The position numbers and the translations under genes were made by a program. The notes beneath the pieces are model-generated. The model searched no databases, was not told where the DNA came from, and was given only the letters and a program-made list of their open reading frames with translations. From Synechocystis sp. PCC 6803 substr. PCC-P (lineage in GTDB: Bacteria; Cyanobacteriota; Cyanobacteriia; Cyanobacteriales; Microcystaceae), in the NCBI RefSeq assembly GCF_000284455.1, contig NC_017039.1, forward strand, positions 990,001-1,022,000: a stretch of 32,000 bases of DNA. Reading direction: 5' to 3'. Below, one piece after another: positions 9,284 to 18,575 of the stretch. Position 1 is the stretch's first letter. Each line of letters begins with the position of its first letter.

Positions 9284-11818
9284 ATGTGGCGTTATCGGTC
9301 ACCCGAAATGCCCCTAACTGAGTCATTCTTGGATCTAATGCTAATTCCTATAATCGGTTTTGGTTTGGCTGTTATTTTATTGATTGGATTTTTTCTGCTC
9401 TATCAGGAAGTCGGCATTTTTAAAAACTTAAAATTCCTCGTTATTCGGAAAAATAACCCCTTTTTTATTCTTGCTTTATTTTGTCTTATTACAGGCTTAG
9501 CTTTAGGATTAGTGGGCTATTGGGGCATTCTAGAACCAAAGCTTGGTGCGGCTGATTTACAAGCCTTAAGACGTAATTTAATCATCTTGAGTTTATTACT
9601 TTTTGGGGTAACGTTTCGTCAATATTTATTTGATTTGATTAAACCCGTTACCACCATGGCAATTTGGCGAAAAATTGGCACTTTTAACTATAAAAATCGT
9701 ATTGCCATTCTTACCTATGTTTTGCTAGGGCTAATTGCTTTGGCTTGGATGGCCCCTATGGCATCGACCAAGATAATTTTCTCCATTAATGACCACACTT
9801 CCCACATCGGCTACATTGTCCAAGGGCGAATGGCCCTAGAGGAAGGACAATTTCCCCTACGGGTGGCCCCTCTAGAAAATTTTGGTTTCCGTTATCCTGG
9901 ATTTCAATTTTATAGTCAACTTCCCTATTTTTTCGGGGCAATAATTTACAAATTTTTGACTCCCACTAATCCCTACACTGCCTATAAAATTTTGCTTTGG
10001 TCTGCCCTATGGTTGGGGGGGATTTTCATCTATCGGGTTGGGTTTTTCTTCACCCGTTCCCAAATTGCCGCTATTTTAGGGGGAGTGACCTATATGTCCG
10101 CCCCCTATTTTCTTAATAATGTCCATGCAAGGGGAGCTTTCACCGAGGCGATCGCCCAGGGAATTTTAGCCATTGTTTTATTTTATGCTATTCAAACTTT
10201 TTACTATCCCCATTATCGCCATTTAATTTTAGGTGCTTTGGCCTGGTGTGCCCTGGGATTAACCCATATTATCACCTTCGTTTACACAACTATTTTTATT
10301 GCTTTATTAGGTGCCATTTTCTTAGTCAAAAATAAGCCTAATCATTGGCAAAAAGGGATTACTTACATTAGTTTGAGCTACATCTGGGCTTGGTTGCTAG
10401 CGCTTTACTTTTTAGCTCCTGTGGCTCTGGAATCTGGCAGTTTAGCCATTCGTCGTCAGATTCAAGCCATTAATCCCTTCAACACTACCGATATTACCCC
10501 GATCGCCAATTTACTAGCCCCCAATTCTCTGCCTCACCAACCAACGGAACTGGGCATTGCCCCTACCTACGGTTTTCATCCCGCTGTCGGTTGGATTCTT
10601 TTGGCTGGCTTTGGCACGGTAATTTACTTTGTTTTTGCTGGCAAATCATTACCTAGGCGTTTATGGCGATCGCAGCCCTGGCTGATTCCTTTGCTGAGCG
10701 TATTTATACTAGCCTTATTTCTTACGTGGAGTCCCGTTAATATTTGGAATCTTTTGCCCCGACAGTTGTGGGTCACCCAATTTACTTTTCGTTTTTTAAC
10801 CCATGTAATGTGGTCCGGGGCACTGCTAACCACACTGGCAATTATTTTAATTTTTCGAGAAAGATTACGCAGTCGTCATTTAATTTTAGGTATTTTAATT
10901 ATTGTCATTGCTAGCCGCCCTTGGTTACCCATACCCCGAGGCACAGTGACAGTAGAAGAATTATTACAAGATCCCCTTTTTCGTTATTCTGGCGCTTTGG
11001 ACTATCTCTATCGCTTACCCAACAAAGCCGTTCCTGTTAACACAAAAGCCCAATCAGCGGTGGAAAAAATATATGGCAAAGCCGAGTTGCAACTTCTCCA
11101 TCCCGATTGGATTCCCGGCTATCTTTCCTGGGATGTATTTATTAATGGCCCCCTACCCATTGACGTTGATATTCCCTATCCTGCCTGGCCAGAAACGGAA
11201 AAACCCACCCTAGTTTTACAGGGTAGAGTTCCCATGGATAAAATTAAAAGCCAAGCTAATTTAATAGTTTTTGTTGATCAACAACCATTAACTTCCATTC
11301 CTTTGACCCAGGAAGAATTAAAAGTAAAAGTTCCTTTCACCGACGTTAAATTCGCTGGCAACGCCTTTGAATTAAAATTTATCGTAGAGGGAGAAACCAC
11401 TGACGGCAATCCTCTTTACATCAGAATGAATCATCTATATTTTGATGATTTTTCCGCCGCAAATACCCTTCTACCTGTCCATGCAACTAAGGAAATGTGT
11501 AACCAAAAGGGAGTTGTGACTAACTGCCCAGTTGAAATGCCCGCAGAGGCTGGCACAGTGCAACTGCCAATTTTGTATTATCCTGCAATGCAACAAGTCG
11601 TGGTAGATAATCAACCAGTAAAAGGATTTTTTACTAATTATCGAGATTTTAATTTACTCAGTCTTAATCTGAGTCCAGGCAAACATCAAATCCAAGTCAA
11701 ATTCACCGGCTTAATCTGGGCAAACTTTATCAGTCTTCTTGCTTGGTTGACATTGATCATTACGGCGATCGCCTTAAAATTCTATCCACGTAAACCGGAG
11801 CAAACAATTTTTAAGTAG
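9284..11818 (+). CDS. large polytopic membrane protein, GT-C-like (ArnT/PMT/YfhO-type) candidate glycosyltransferase
   Basis: 844 aa. It has at least a dozen hydrophobic segments over residues 1-560, then a roughly 250-aa non-hydrophobic domain, then a final TM segment (FISLLAWLTLIITAIALKF). An early loop reads NDHTSHIGYIVQGRMALEEGQFPLRV. The CDS call is solid; the functional call is an inference from architecture. Confidence 0.6.
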   Translation: MWRYRSPEMPLTESFLDLMLIPIIGFGLAVILLIGFFLLYQEVGIFKNLKFLVIRKNNPFFILALFCLITGLALGLVGYWGILEPKLGAADLQALRRNLIILSLLLFGVTFRQYLFDLIKPVTTMAIWRKIGTFNYKNRIAILTYVLLGLIALAWMAPMASTKIIFSINDHTSHIGYIVQGRMALEEGQFPLRVAPLENFGFRYPGFQFYSQLPYFFGAIIYKFLTPTNPYTAYKILLWSALWLGGIFIYRVGFFFTRSQIAAILGGVTYMSAPYFLNNVHARGAFTEAIAQGILAIVLFYAIQTFYYPHYRHLILGALAWCALGLTHIITFVYTTIFIALLGAIFLVKNKPNHWQKGITYISLSYIWAWLLALYFLAPVALESGSLAIRRQIQAINPFNTTDITPIANLLAPNSLPHQPTELGIAPTYGFHPAVGWILLAGFGTVIYFVFAGKSLPRRLWRSQPWLIPLLSVFILALFLTWSPVNIWNLLPRQLWVTQFTFRFLTHVMWSGALLTTLAIILIFRERLRSRHLILGILIIVIASRPWLPIPRGTVTVEELLQDPLFRYSGALDYLYRLPNKAVPVNTKAQSAVEKIYGKAELQLLHPDWIPGYLSWDVFINGPLPIDVDIPYPAWPETEKPTLVLQGRVPMDKIKSQANLIVFVDQQPLTSIPLTQEELKVKVPFTDVKFAGNAFELKFIVEGETTDGNPLYIRMNHLYFDDFSAANTLLPVHATKEMCNQKGVVTNCPVEMPAEAGTVQLPILYYPAMQQVVVDNQPVKGFFTNYRDFNLLSLNLSPGKHQIQVKFTGLIWANFISLLAWLTLIITAIALKFYPRKPEQTIFK

Positions 11819-11893
11819 ATAGATAAATTTGATATGGACTAGTTTGATTAACTCACTGGATGGAGAATAAATTAGCGAGTTGTAGATTTTGTG

Positions 11894-12361
11894 TCAGCTT
11901 GGCATCAGATCAAATTCTTTGATGGCCAGCAGAAAATTACGATTTTCGTGGCCAGCACGACTTAGTTTAATTAAAGCAAATCTTTGCAAAGGAGTCAGGG
12001 ATTGCCATTGAGTCAACGTAATGCCGGAAGATTCCAAAGACGGTAATTTATTATTTAACTCCGTTAATATTTGAGCTGGAATTTGATTGGCATTTAACCA
12101 ATCGGGTAAATCCGGCACTGATAATGTGGAAGCTGGCTTGCCAGTTAATTCCGTTATCCAATTTTGCAGCTTTTCCCCATATTGGCTAACTTCTGTTGGT
12201 GTTTCACAACTAGCTTCAGTCAAATACTGCCTTTGTTCCAAACTCAGTTGATGCCAATGACTTAATTTTAATTTAACGCCACAGGTGTCTAGTTTATAAC
12301 GCACAACCATGGGAATACAGCGGAGGGAATCAACAAAATCAGCTTCAAATTGAAAAAACAT
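11894..12361 (-). CDS. nitrate reductase associated protein (cyanobacterial conserved hypothetical, TIGR02664-like)
   Basis: 155 aa starting MFFQFEADFVDSLRCIPMVVRYKLDTCGVKLKL. This matches my memory of the family found next to narB and molybdopterin genes in cyanobacteria. Its position downstream of narB on the same strand supports the call. Confidence 0.7.
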   Translation of the reverse strand: MFFQFEADFVDSLRCIPMVVRYKLDTCGVKLKLSHWHQLSLEQRQYLTEASCETPTEVSQYGEKLQNWITELTGKPASTLSVPDLPDWLNANQIPAQILTELNNKLPSLESSGITLTQWQSLTPLQRFALIKLSRAGHENRNFLLAIKEFDLMPS

Positions 12362-12431
12362 TGTTATTGTTACAGGAAAATCAACTTAGTTTTTAATGCT
12401 AACATTGGATGTTGAGCGAGGATATAATTCA

Positions 12432-12872
12432 ATGCCTTCACCTAGCACTTACCACAGCGATTTCTATGCCTGGACAAAAGAGCAAACTGAAATACTACGT
12501 AACCAGCAATGGCATAAACTAGATTTAGAAAATTTGATTGAGGAAATAGAGAGCTTGGGGAGACAACAGCGTCAGGAATTAAGAAATTGTCTAGCAATTT
12601 TGCTTGGTCATCTCCTCAAATGACAATACCAATCAGAGCAAAGAAGCCGCAGTTGGCTGGCAACAATTCGAGTACAAAGACGGGATATTTTAAAGTTGAT
12701 TAAGGAAAATCCTAGCTTAAAAACCTATTTATCAGAGGCTATCTCAGATGGCTATGATAATGGCAGGGATCTAGCAATGGGAGAGACCAACTTGCCGGAA
12801 GAAACATTTCCTCAACAATACTCATATATTCCTGACCAAATTTTAAGCTTAGATTTTTATCCTGACAATTAA
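12432..12872 (+). pseudogene. DUF29 family gene interrupted by an in-frame TGA (12621-12623)
   Basis: The tracked ORF 12396-12623 ends ...LAILLGHLLK*. I read on in the same frame: QYQSEQRSRSWLATIRVQRRDILKLIKENPSLKTYLSEAISDGYDNGRDLAMGETNLPEETFPQQYSYIPDQILSLDFYPDN, ending at TAA 12870-12872. Both halves look like one DUF29 protein (YHSDFYAWT...LDLENLIEEIESLGR...LLK[W/Y]xYQ). The likely ATG is at 12432. Confidence 0.7.
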
Positions 12873-12887
12873 TTGCTTATTGTTTGA

Positions 12888-15032
12888 TTAAACTGGTGTA
12901 ATATTAACGGCGCAGGCTTTTAATTCCGGTTGTTTAGAAATAGGGCAAGCAGTGGCATGGGTCAAACTATTAACTTCAGCATTATCGTCCCACAAAAAAC
13001 CCCAGTGCATGGGCATAAAAACCGTACCGGGGGCAATGGCTCTAGTAACTAGAACTTCTAGCTGAGCAGAACCCCGTCGAGATTTAATCGCAACTAAATC
13101 CTGACTTTTAATACCCAATTTTTCTGCGTCCTTGGGATGCATTTCCAATATAGGTTTGGGATGCATTTTTTTGATTTTCTCAATGTGGCCAGTGCGGGTT
13201 TGGGTATGCCAATGACCATAAAGACGACCATTGGTGAGGACAAAAGGATAGTTTGGATCGACCGGCTCAGCTAATCCCCGACTGTGGTCTAAGCAAAAGT
13301 TTGCCCGACCATTTTCTGTGCAAAATTTATAGTCGGTGTAAAGTCTTTTAGTTGATAAAAGTTGACTTTCTTGATCTGATTGACGACAGGGCCATTGCAG
13401 CGGCCCCAGCTTTTGCAACTTTTCATAACTGACACCAGATTGGTCACATAATCTTTCAGCAGTTAGTTGCACATATTCCCGATGTACTGCGGCTGAATCA
13501 ACAAAATTAAATTGATTTTCAAAACCTAATCTACGTCCTACCTCAGCAAAAATTTCCCAGTCGGGTCTTGCTTCCCCAGGAGGAGAGCGAAACGCAGGAG
13601 AAAGGGTAACTCTCCGTTCTGAATTGGTCATTGTGCCAGTTTTTTCGCTCCATTGAGCTGCTGGCAATAACAAATGGGCGTATTCTGCCGTTTCAGTGGG
13701 GGAATAGGCATCCTGATGAATCGTAAAAGTTGATTGTTGCAGAGCCTTTTTAACCCTTTCTAAATCAGGCATACTAACAACAGGGTTAGTCGCCACAATC
13801 CATAGGAAACCAACCTGTTGATTTTCCAATCCCATGAACATTTCCCAGGCTGATAAACCTGGTTCTGGATTAATACGGCCAGGGGAAATCTGCCAAAGTT
13901 GTTCTACCTCTTGGCGGTGTTGAGGATTTTTAATTGAACGATAGCCAGGCAACAGATGGGACAATCCCCCTGCTTCCCGACCCCCCATGGCGTTGGGCTG
14001 ACCAGTGAGGGAAAAAGGTCCACTGCCTGGTTTCCCAATCTGACCAGTGAGTAAATGGAGATTAATTAAACAACGACCTTTAGCTGTGCCTTGAAAAGAT
14101 TGATTCATTCCCATGGACCAAAGGGAAAGCACTGTTTTGGCATTGCCCCAATAGTGAGCGGCGGTTTCTAATTGTTCTAAACTAATGCCACAAATTTGGG
14201 TAACTTTTTCCGGGGGATAATGATCAATAACTTGACAATACTGCTCAAAATCTTGGGTGTGATTATCAATAAATTTTTGATCAATTAAATTCCACTTTTT
14301 TAGCAAATAGGCAATGCCATGGAGTAAAGTAATGTCACTGCCAGGATTGATCGCTAAATGTAAGTCCGCAACTTCTGCGGTGGCAGTACAACGGGGGTCC
14401 ACCACAATTAATTTAACGTGGGGATTTTGTTTGTGGTGTTTGCGTAAACGATTAAAAATAATGGGATGGCAGTCCGCTGTATTAGTACCAATTAAAAAAG
14501 CGCAATCGGTTATTTCTAAGTCTTCATAACAGCAAGGCGGACCATCGGAACCAAAGCTTAGGCTATAGGCAGACACAGCCGAAGACATGCAAAGACGAGA
14601 ATTGGTATCAAAATTATTGGTACCCAAACAACCTTTAAATAATTTTTGGGCCACGTAGTAATCCTCTGTCTGCATTTGCCCAGAGGCGTACATACATAAA
14701 CCACTTACCCCCAAAGTTTGTTTAACTTGCTGAATTTTATCAACAACAATTTCTAGGGCTGCTTCCCAACTAATTTGTTGCCACGGCTGATCTAAACTTG
14801 ACCGAAACATGGGGTAAAGTAATCGCTGTTTATCCATGGATTCCATTACGGTAGCTCCTTTGACGCAGACCATGCCTTGGCTGGAAGGATGCTGGCGATC
14901 GCCTCTAATTTTATGGGCATGACCGGCATCAACTACCGACTTTTGGGGACTAGCAACAGCCTCCAAACCACAACCAACTCCACAGTAAGGACAAAGGGTT
15001 CTGGTGGTGGGAAGAATAGCTGGTGAATCCAT
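12888..15032 (-). CDS. narB: assimilatory ferredoxin-dependent nitrate reductase
   Basis: 714 aa. It has the N-terminal 4Fe-4S motif [10 protein letters not shown]...VCVKG, a molybdopterin oxidoreductase body, and sits adjacent to nrtABCD. Confidence 0.95.
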   Translation of the reverse strand: MDSPAILPTTRTLCPYCGVGCGLEAVASPQKSVVDAGHAHKIRGDRQHPSSQGMVCVKGATVMESMDKQRLLYPMFRSSLDQPWQQISWEAALEIVVDKIQQVKQTLGVSGLCMYASGQMQTEDYYVAQKLFKGCLGTNNFDTNSRLCMSSAVSAYSLSFGSDGPPCCYEDLEITDCAFLIGTNTADCHPIIFNRLRKHHKQNPHVKLIVVDPRCTATAEVADLHLAINPGSDITLLHGIAYLLKKWNLIDQKFIDNHTQDFEQYCQVIDHYPPEKVTQICGISLEQLETAAHYWGNAKTVLSLWSMGMNQSFQGTAKGRCLINLHLLTGQIGKPGSGPFSLTGQPNAMGGREAGGLSHLLPGYRSIKNPQHRQEVEQLWQISPGRINPEPGLSAWEMFMGLENQQVGFLWIVATNPVVSMPDLERVKKALQQSTFTIHQDAYSPTETAEYAHLLLPAAQWSEKTGTMTNSERRVTLSPAFRSPPGEARPDWEIFAEVGRRLGFENQFNFVDSAAVHREYVQLTAERLCDQSGVSYEKLQKLGPLQWPCRQSDQESQLLSTKRLYTDYKFCTENGRANFCLDHSRGLAEPVDPNYPFVLTNGRLYGHWHTQTRTGHIEKIKKMHPKPILEMHPKDAEKLGIKSQDLVAIKSRRGSAQLEVLVTRAIAPGTVFMPMHWGFLWDDNAEVNSLTHATACPISKQPELKACAVNITPV

Positions 15033-15076
15033 TAAAATATTGGCAGTTAATTGAAGCGAATTTGATTAGTTGACCA

Positions 15077-15346
15077 CTAATTGACCAAAAGATGAATACA
15101 GTTAATACGATTGGTCGATATTTGATCGCAGTGAAAAACTTTAATAGTTAATTTGTCCTGAGGGCTAGCCCAAAATAATAACTGTTCGCCAGGAAAAATC
15201 AGTTTTTCCTTATTCCAGGTGCCATCAATAATTATCTGCTGTAATTTATTGCCACTATTGCGATAGTAGCAAAGCTGATTATCACTGTCATGGATCGAGT
15301 TGCTAGGAGGTGAGAGGGAATGATCAAAGTTGTTAATAACTGACAT
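15077..15346 (-). CDS. DUF1830-like small cyanobacterial protein between nrtD and narB
   Basis: From the ATG at 15346 the 89-aa product contains LCYYRNSGNKLQQIIIDGTWNKEKLIFPGEQLLFWASPQDKLTIKVF. This resembles the DUF1830 core as I recall it (CYYVN...QI.RI...WYFERVVFPGQRLLFEA...LEIH). The tracked 105-aa version starts at a TTG (15394). Confidence 0.6.
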   Translation of the reverse strand: MSVINNFDHSLSPPSNSIHDSDNQLCYYRNSGNKLQQIIIDGTWNKEKLIFPGEQLLFWASPQDKLTIKVFHCDQISTNRINCIHLLVN

Positions 15347-15435
15347 TTTTTTAAAAACTAATAGTAAGTCGACAGTTGGACAAATTGGTGGCAATTAATG
15401 GTAACAACGGCAAAAATTTAGCTAATCCAGATAGT

Positions 15436-16434
15436 TCAAGACCCTTCCATGGATTCCACTGAGGGGGTAGGGCCACCATCACCCTTAGAACCAAAAGTTT
15501 GCACCAAACCAACCCCGACTAAGGCGATCGCCACTAGTCCTAGGGCTCCCGCCATAACTTTTTTGAATAGCAAACCGGGATTGGGTTTATCTTCTTTGAG
15601 GTCATCATCATCGTCATGGGCATAACGGTGAAAGAGAAAATCAAGGGCATAATTCCGCAGTTGATAATATTTTGGATCATCGGTAATTTGACTGCGGTTG
15701 CGGGGACGGTCAAAGGGAATATCTAAAATTTCACCAATTTTGGCGCTGGGGCCATTGGTCATCATCACTAGGCGATCGGCGAGGAATAAAGCTTCGTCAA
15801 TGTCGTGGGTAATCATCAACACGGTCAGATTATTTTCCCGCCAAATTTTTAATAACTCTTCCTGCAATTCCTCCTTAGTAATGGCATCCAAAGCCCCAAA
15901 AGGTTCATCTAAAATTAACACTTCTGGGGAAATAGCTAAGGCTCTGGCGATCGCCACCCGTTGTTTCATACCCCCGGAAATTTGCCCAGGTTTTTTCTGA
16001 GCCGCTTCCGTTAAACCCACCATTTCGAGGTAATGGGCTACCAATTCTTCTTTTTCCGTTTTAGATTTATCTGGGTAAACCGATTCCACCGCCAGGGAAA
16101 CATTATCATAGGCAGATTTCCAAGGCAGTAGGCAATAATTTTGGAAAACCATCATTCGGTCAGGGCCCGGGGCAGTAATTAACTGATTTTTCAGCTTAAC
16201 CGTGCCTTGGGTGGGTTGATTAAAGCCCGACACCATATTTAAGAGGGTAGATTTACCGCAACCGGAATGGCCAATGATGCAAATAAATTCCCCTTCTTTT
16301 ACCTCTAAGTTAACCCCATCTAAAACCGTATAGGGCCCCTGGGCAGTGGGATAAACTTTACTGACATTTTCAATGGCTAAAAAAGCGGTTTTTTCTTCGG
16401 TCAGGATAGGGTCATTGACATTCATTGTTTGCAT
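15436..16434 (-). CDS. nrtD: nitrate ABC transporter ATP-binding protein NrtD, with C-terminal acidic linker and TM helix
   Basis: Walker A GHSGCGKST, signature ISGGMKQRVAIARAL and Walker B VLILDEPF. The start is ambiguous (16479, 16434 or 16425). The tail is HDDDDDLKEDKPNPGLLFKKVMAGALGLVAIALVGVGLV.... Confidence 0.9.
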   Translation of the reverse strand: MQTMNVNDPILTEEKTAFLAIENVSKVYPTAQGPYTVLDGVNLEVKEGEFICIIGHSGCGKSTLLNMVSGFNQPTQGTVKLKNQLITAPGPDRMMVFQNYCLLPWKSAYDNVSLAVESVYPDKSKTEKEELVAHYLEMVGLTEAAQKKPGQISGGMKQRVAIARALAISPEVLILDEPFGALDAITKEELQEELLKIWRENNLTVLMITHDIDEALFLADRLVMMTNGPSAKIGEILDIPFDRPRNRSQITDDPKYYQLRNYALDFLFHRYAHDDDDDLKEDKPNPGLLFKKVMAGALGLVAIALVGVGLVQTFGSKGDGGPTPSVESMEGS

Positions 16435-16488
16435 GACATTTAGAAGAATAGATATTTCAAGGTTAAAAAGAGGCGACAAAAAGCTGAT

Positions 16489-18501
16489 CTATTGATTAAC
16501 TTGATCAATTTGGTCGATGAGAATTTCTGTGACTTGAATATCCCGGTGAATGGTGAAACGTTTAATGTAACCAAGGGGATCATTCGGGGTGAAAACCATG
16601 CCATCAAACAGGGAAACATTGTGGTGATCACCTTCTAAATCTGGCCACCCTAAATGGCGACAGGCTTCCCCAAATAGGTCAGGACGGCGTACCCGTTCAA
16701 TAATTTCCACCCAGTTTTTAGGAAAATCAATGTAACCCCAACGGGCTAATTGGGTCAGAATCCATAACCCTTCACTGCGGGAGGGATAGTTAGATTGCTT
16801 GACATAAAATTGATTGAAGTCCAGCAACATTTCCGCTTCTGCGTCATTTCCTTGATCATATTCAGTCAAAAAGCCTGGACTGATATATTCCGTGGAGGTG
16901 CCGACATATTGAGGCAATGCCAAATAGTCTAGAATTTCTTGGCGATGACGGCGATCGTCACAATATTCACAGGCTTCCAACAGAGCTTTAACCAGGGCTA
17001 AATGGGTGGCTGGATATTTATTGACCCATTCTTCCCGCATTCCTAAAACCTTTTCCGGATGACCGTTCCAAATGTCTAAATCCGTGGCAATAACATAGCC
17101 TAAATTCTGTTTAACAGCATAGGAATTCCATGGTTCCCCCACACAAAAACCGTCAATATTGCCAGCTTCTAAATTAGACACCATTTGGGGCGGTGGTAGG
17201 CGCATTAAATTAATATCTTGGTCTGGATCAATACTGCCAGAAGCAAGCCAATACCGCAGTAACAGATTTTGCATAGATGCGGGGTGAACCATGCCCAGGG
17301 TGGAAACTTGATCGGGAGTTTCTGCTAGCTTTAACCGTAAATCTTCGAGGGTTTTAACCCCCGCTTCAGCAAACTTTTTGCTGAGGGTAATGGCATTGCC
17401 GTTGCGACTCATCACCATGGCCGTAACCATGGGTAAAGGGGTTTTCCCCCCCATGCCTAGGGTTAGAGCTAGGGGCATACCCGCTACCATTTGGGCTCCG
17501 TCTAACCGTCTTTCCCGAATGCCGTCGGCGATCGCCTGCCAACTGGGTTCTTTCACCAGGTTAACTTGCTCTAAACCATGCTTTTGGAAGAAACCTTTCT
17601 CTTTGGCTACCACTAACGGGGCGCAATCGGTGAGGGGGATAAAACCTAAGTCCAGATTGATTTTTTCCAGGCCATTGCCCCCCATGGCCTCGGCAAACTG
17701 ACTGACCGCCCCAACTTTTTTAGCCCGTTTTTGTTGATTGAGGAAATAAACCATTTCCCCCCGCAGGGCGTAGTAACTGGGATGGTTGACCACTTCCAAA
17801 CGGTGACGGGGTCGAGGAATGGGCACTTCCAAAATTTGCCCAATGTGGGCTTCGGGCCCTGTGGTTAACATCACCACCCGGTCAGAAAGTAACAATGCTT
17901 CGTCCACATCATGGGTGACCATAATGCAGGTTACGCCACTTTCTTGGACAATTTCCATTAACCGTTCCTGGAGATTCCCCCGGGTTAAAGCATCCAAAGC
18001 CCCAAACGGTTCATCCAATAATAAAACCTTAGGACGGGTCGATAATGCCCTGGCGATCGCCACCCGCTGTTTCATGCCCCCGGACAATTCCCCCGGTCGT
18101 TTATGGGCTGCCCGTTGTAACCCCACCAGGGCAATATTGTCGTCAATAATTTTTTCTTGTTCTGGTTTGGGCAGATCCCGCAGAACTCGATTCACAGCCA
18201 GGGCGATATTTTGTCGCACCGTCAACCAAGGCAACAGGGAGTAGTTTTGAAACACCACCATCCTTTCAGGGCCAGGCTCGGTGATTTCTTTCCCCTCCAT
18301 GATGACCCCGCCAAAGGTGGGCTTATCTAGCCCAGAGATCATGTTCAACAAGGTAGACTTGCCGCAGCCAGAGTGACCAATCAAGGAAATAAATTCTCCC
18401 TGACTAATTTTCAGCTCAATGTTTTTGAGGGCAATGTAACGCCCCCCGTCGGGGAGGGGAAAAATACGGTCAACATGATCAATTTCAATGAAGGGCATCA
18501 T
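16489..18501 (-). CDS. nrtC: nitrate ABC transporter ATP-binding protein NrtC (ATPase fused to NrtA-like C-terminal domain)
   Basis: 670 aa. The N-terminal ABC ATPase carries GHSGCGKST, LSGGMKQRVAIARAL and LLLDEPF. The roughly 400-aa C-terminal region is paralogous to NrtA (GFIPLTDCAPLVVAKEKGFF compared with GFIALTDAAPLIIAKEKGFY). Confidence 0.95.
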   Translation of the reverse strand: MMPFIEIDHVDRIFPLPDGGRYIALKNIELKISQGEFISLIGHSGCGKSTLLNMISGLDKPTFGGVIMEGKEITEPGPERMVVFQNYSLLPWLTVRQNIALAVNRVLRDLPKPEQEKIIDDNIALVGLQRAAHKRPGELSGGMKQRVAIARALSTRPKVLLLDEPFGALDALTRGNLQERLMEIVQESGVTCIMVTHDVDEALLLSDRVVMLTTGPEAHIGQILEVPIPRPRHRLEVVNHPSYYALRGEMVYFLNQQKRAKKVGAVSQFAEAMGGNGLEKINLDLGFIPLTDCAPLVVAKEKGFFQKHGLEQVNLVKEPSWQAIADGIRERRLDGAQMVAGMPLALTLGMGGKTPLPMVTAMVMSRNGNAITLSKKFAEAGVKTLEDLRLKLAETPDQVSTLGMVHPASMQNLLLRYWLASGSIDPDQDINLMRLPPPQMVSNLEAGNIDGFCVGEPWNSYAVKQNLGYVIATDLDIWNGHPEKVLGMREEWVNKYPATHLALVKALLEACEYCDDRRHRQEILDYLALPQYVGTSTEYISPGFLTEYDQGNDAEAEMLLDFNQFYVKQSNYPSRSEGLWILTQLARWGYIDFPKNWVEIIERVRRPDLFGEACRHLGWPDLEGDHHNVSLFDGMVFTPNDPLGYIKRFTIHRDIQVTEILIDQIDQVNQ

Positions 18502-18575
18502 AGTTAGTCCGGGGGTGACAAATCAAAAATTGAGAACTAGTAGCTAGGAAAAACGGCCTTCCTATGGATGTTTGG

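Noticed and set aside
15347-15394. TTG- or GTG-initiated N-terminal extensions in the ORF track. Examples: the DUF1830-like ORF at 15394, nrtB at 19439 and the phosphatase at 22209, plus the long ATG extension of nrtA at 20862.
   Set aside because: Downstream ATG codons give N-termini that match the expected protein starts (Tat/lipobox signal for NrtA, the RHG motif position for the phosphatase). The extensions add non-conserved-looking residues.
17819-18244. 141-aa plus-strand ORF inside nrtC. Similar ORFs lie at 15698-16000 in nrtD, 7648-8022 in the GT2 gene and 25329-25664 in ftsQ.
   Set aside because: These are antisense shadow ORFs within well-supported genes, with no recognisable motifs.
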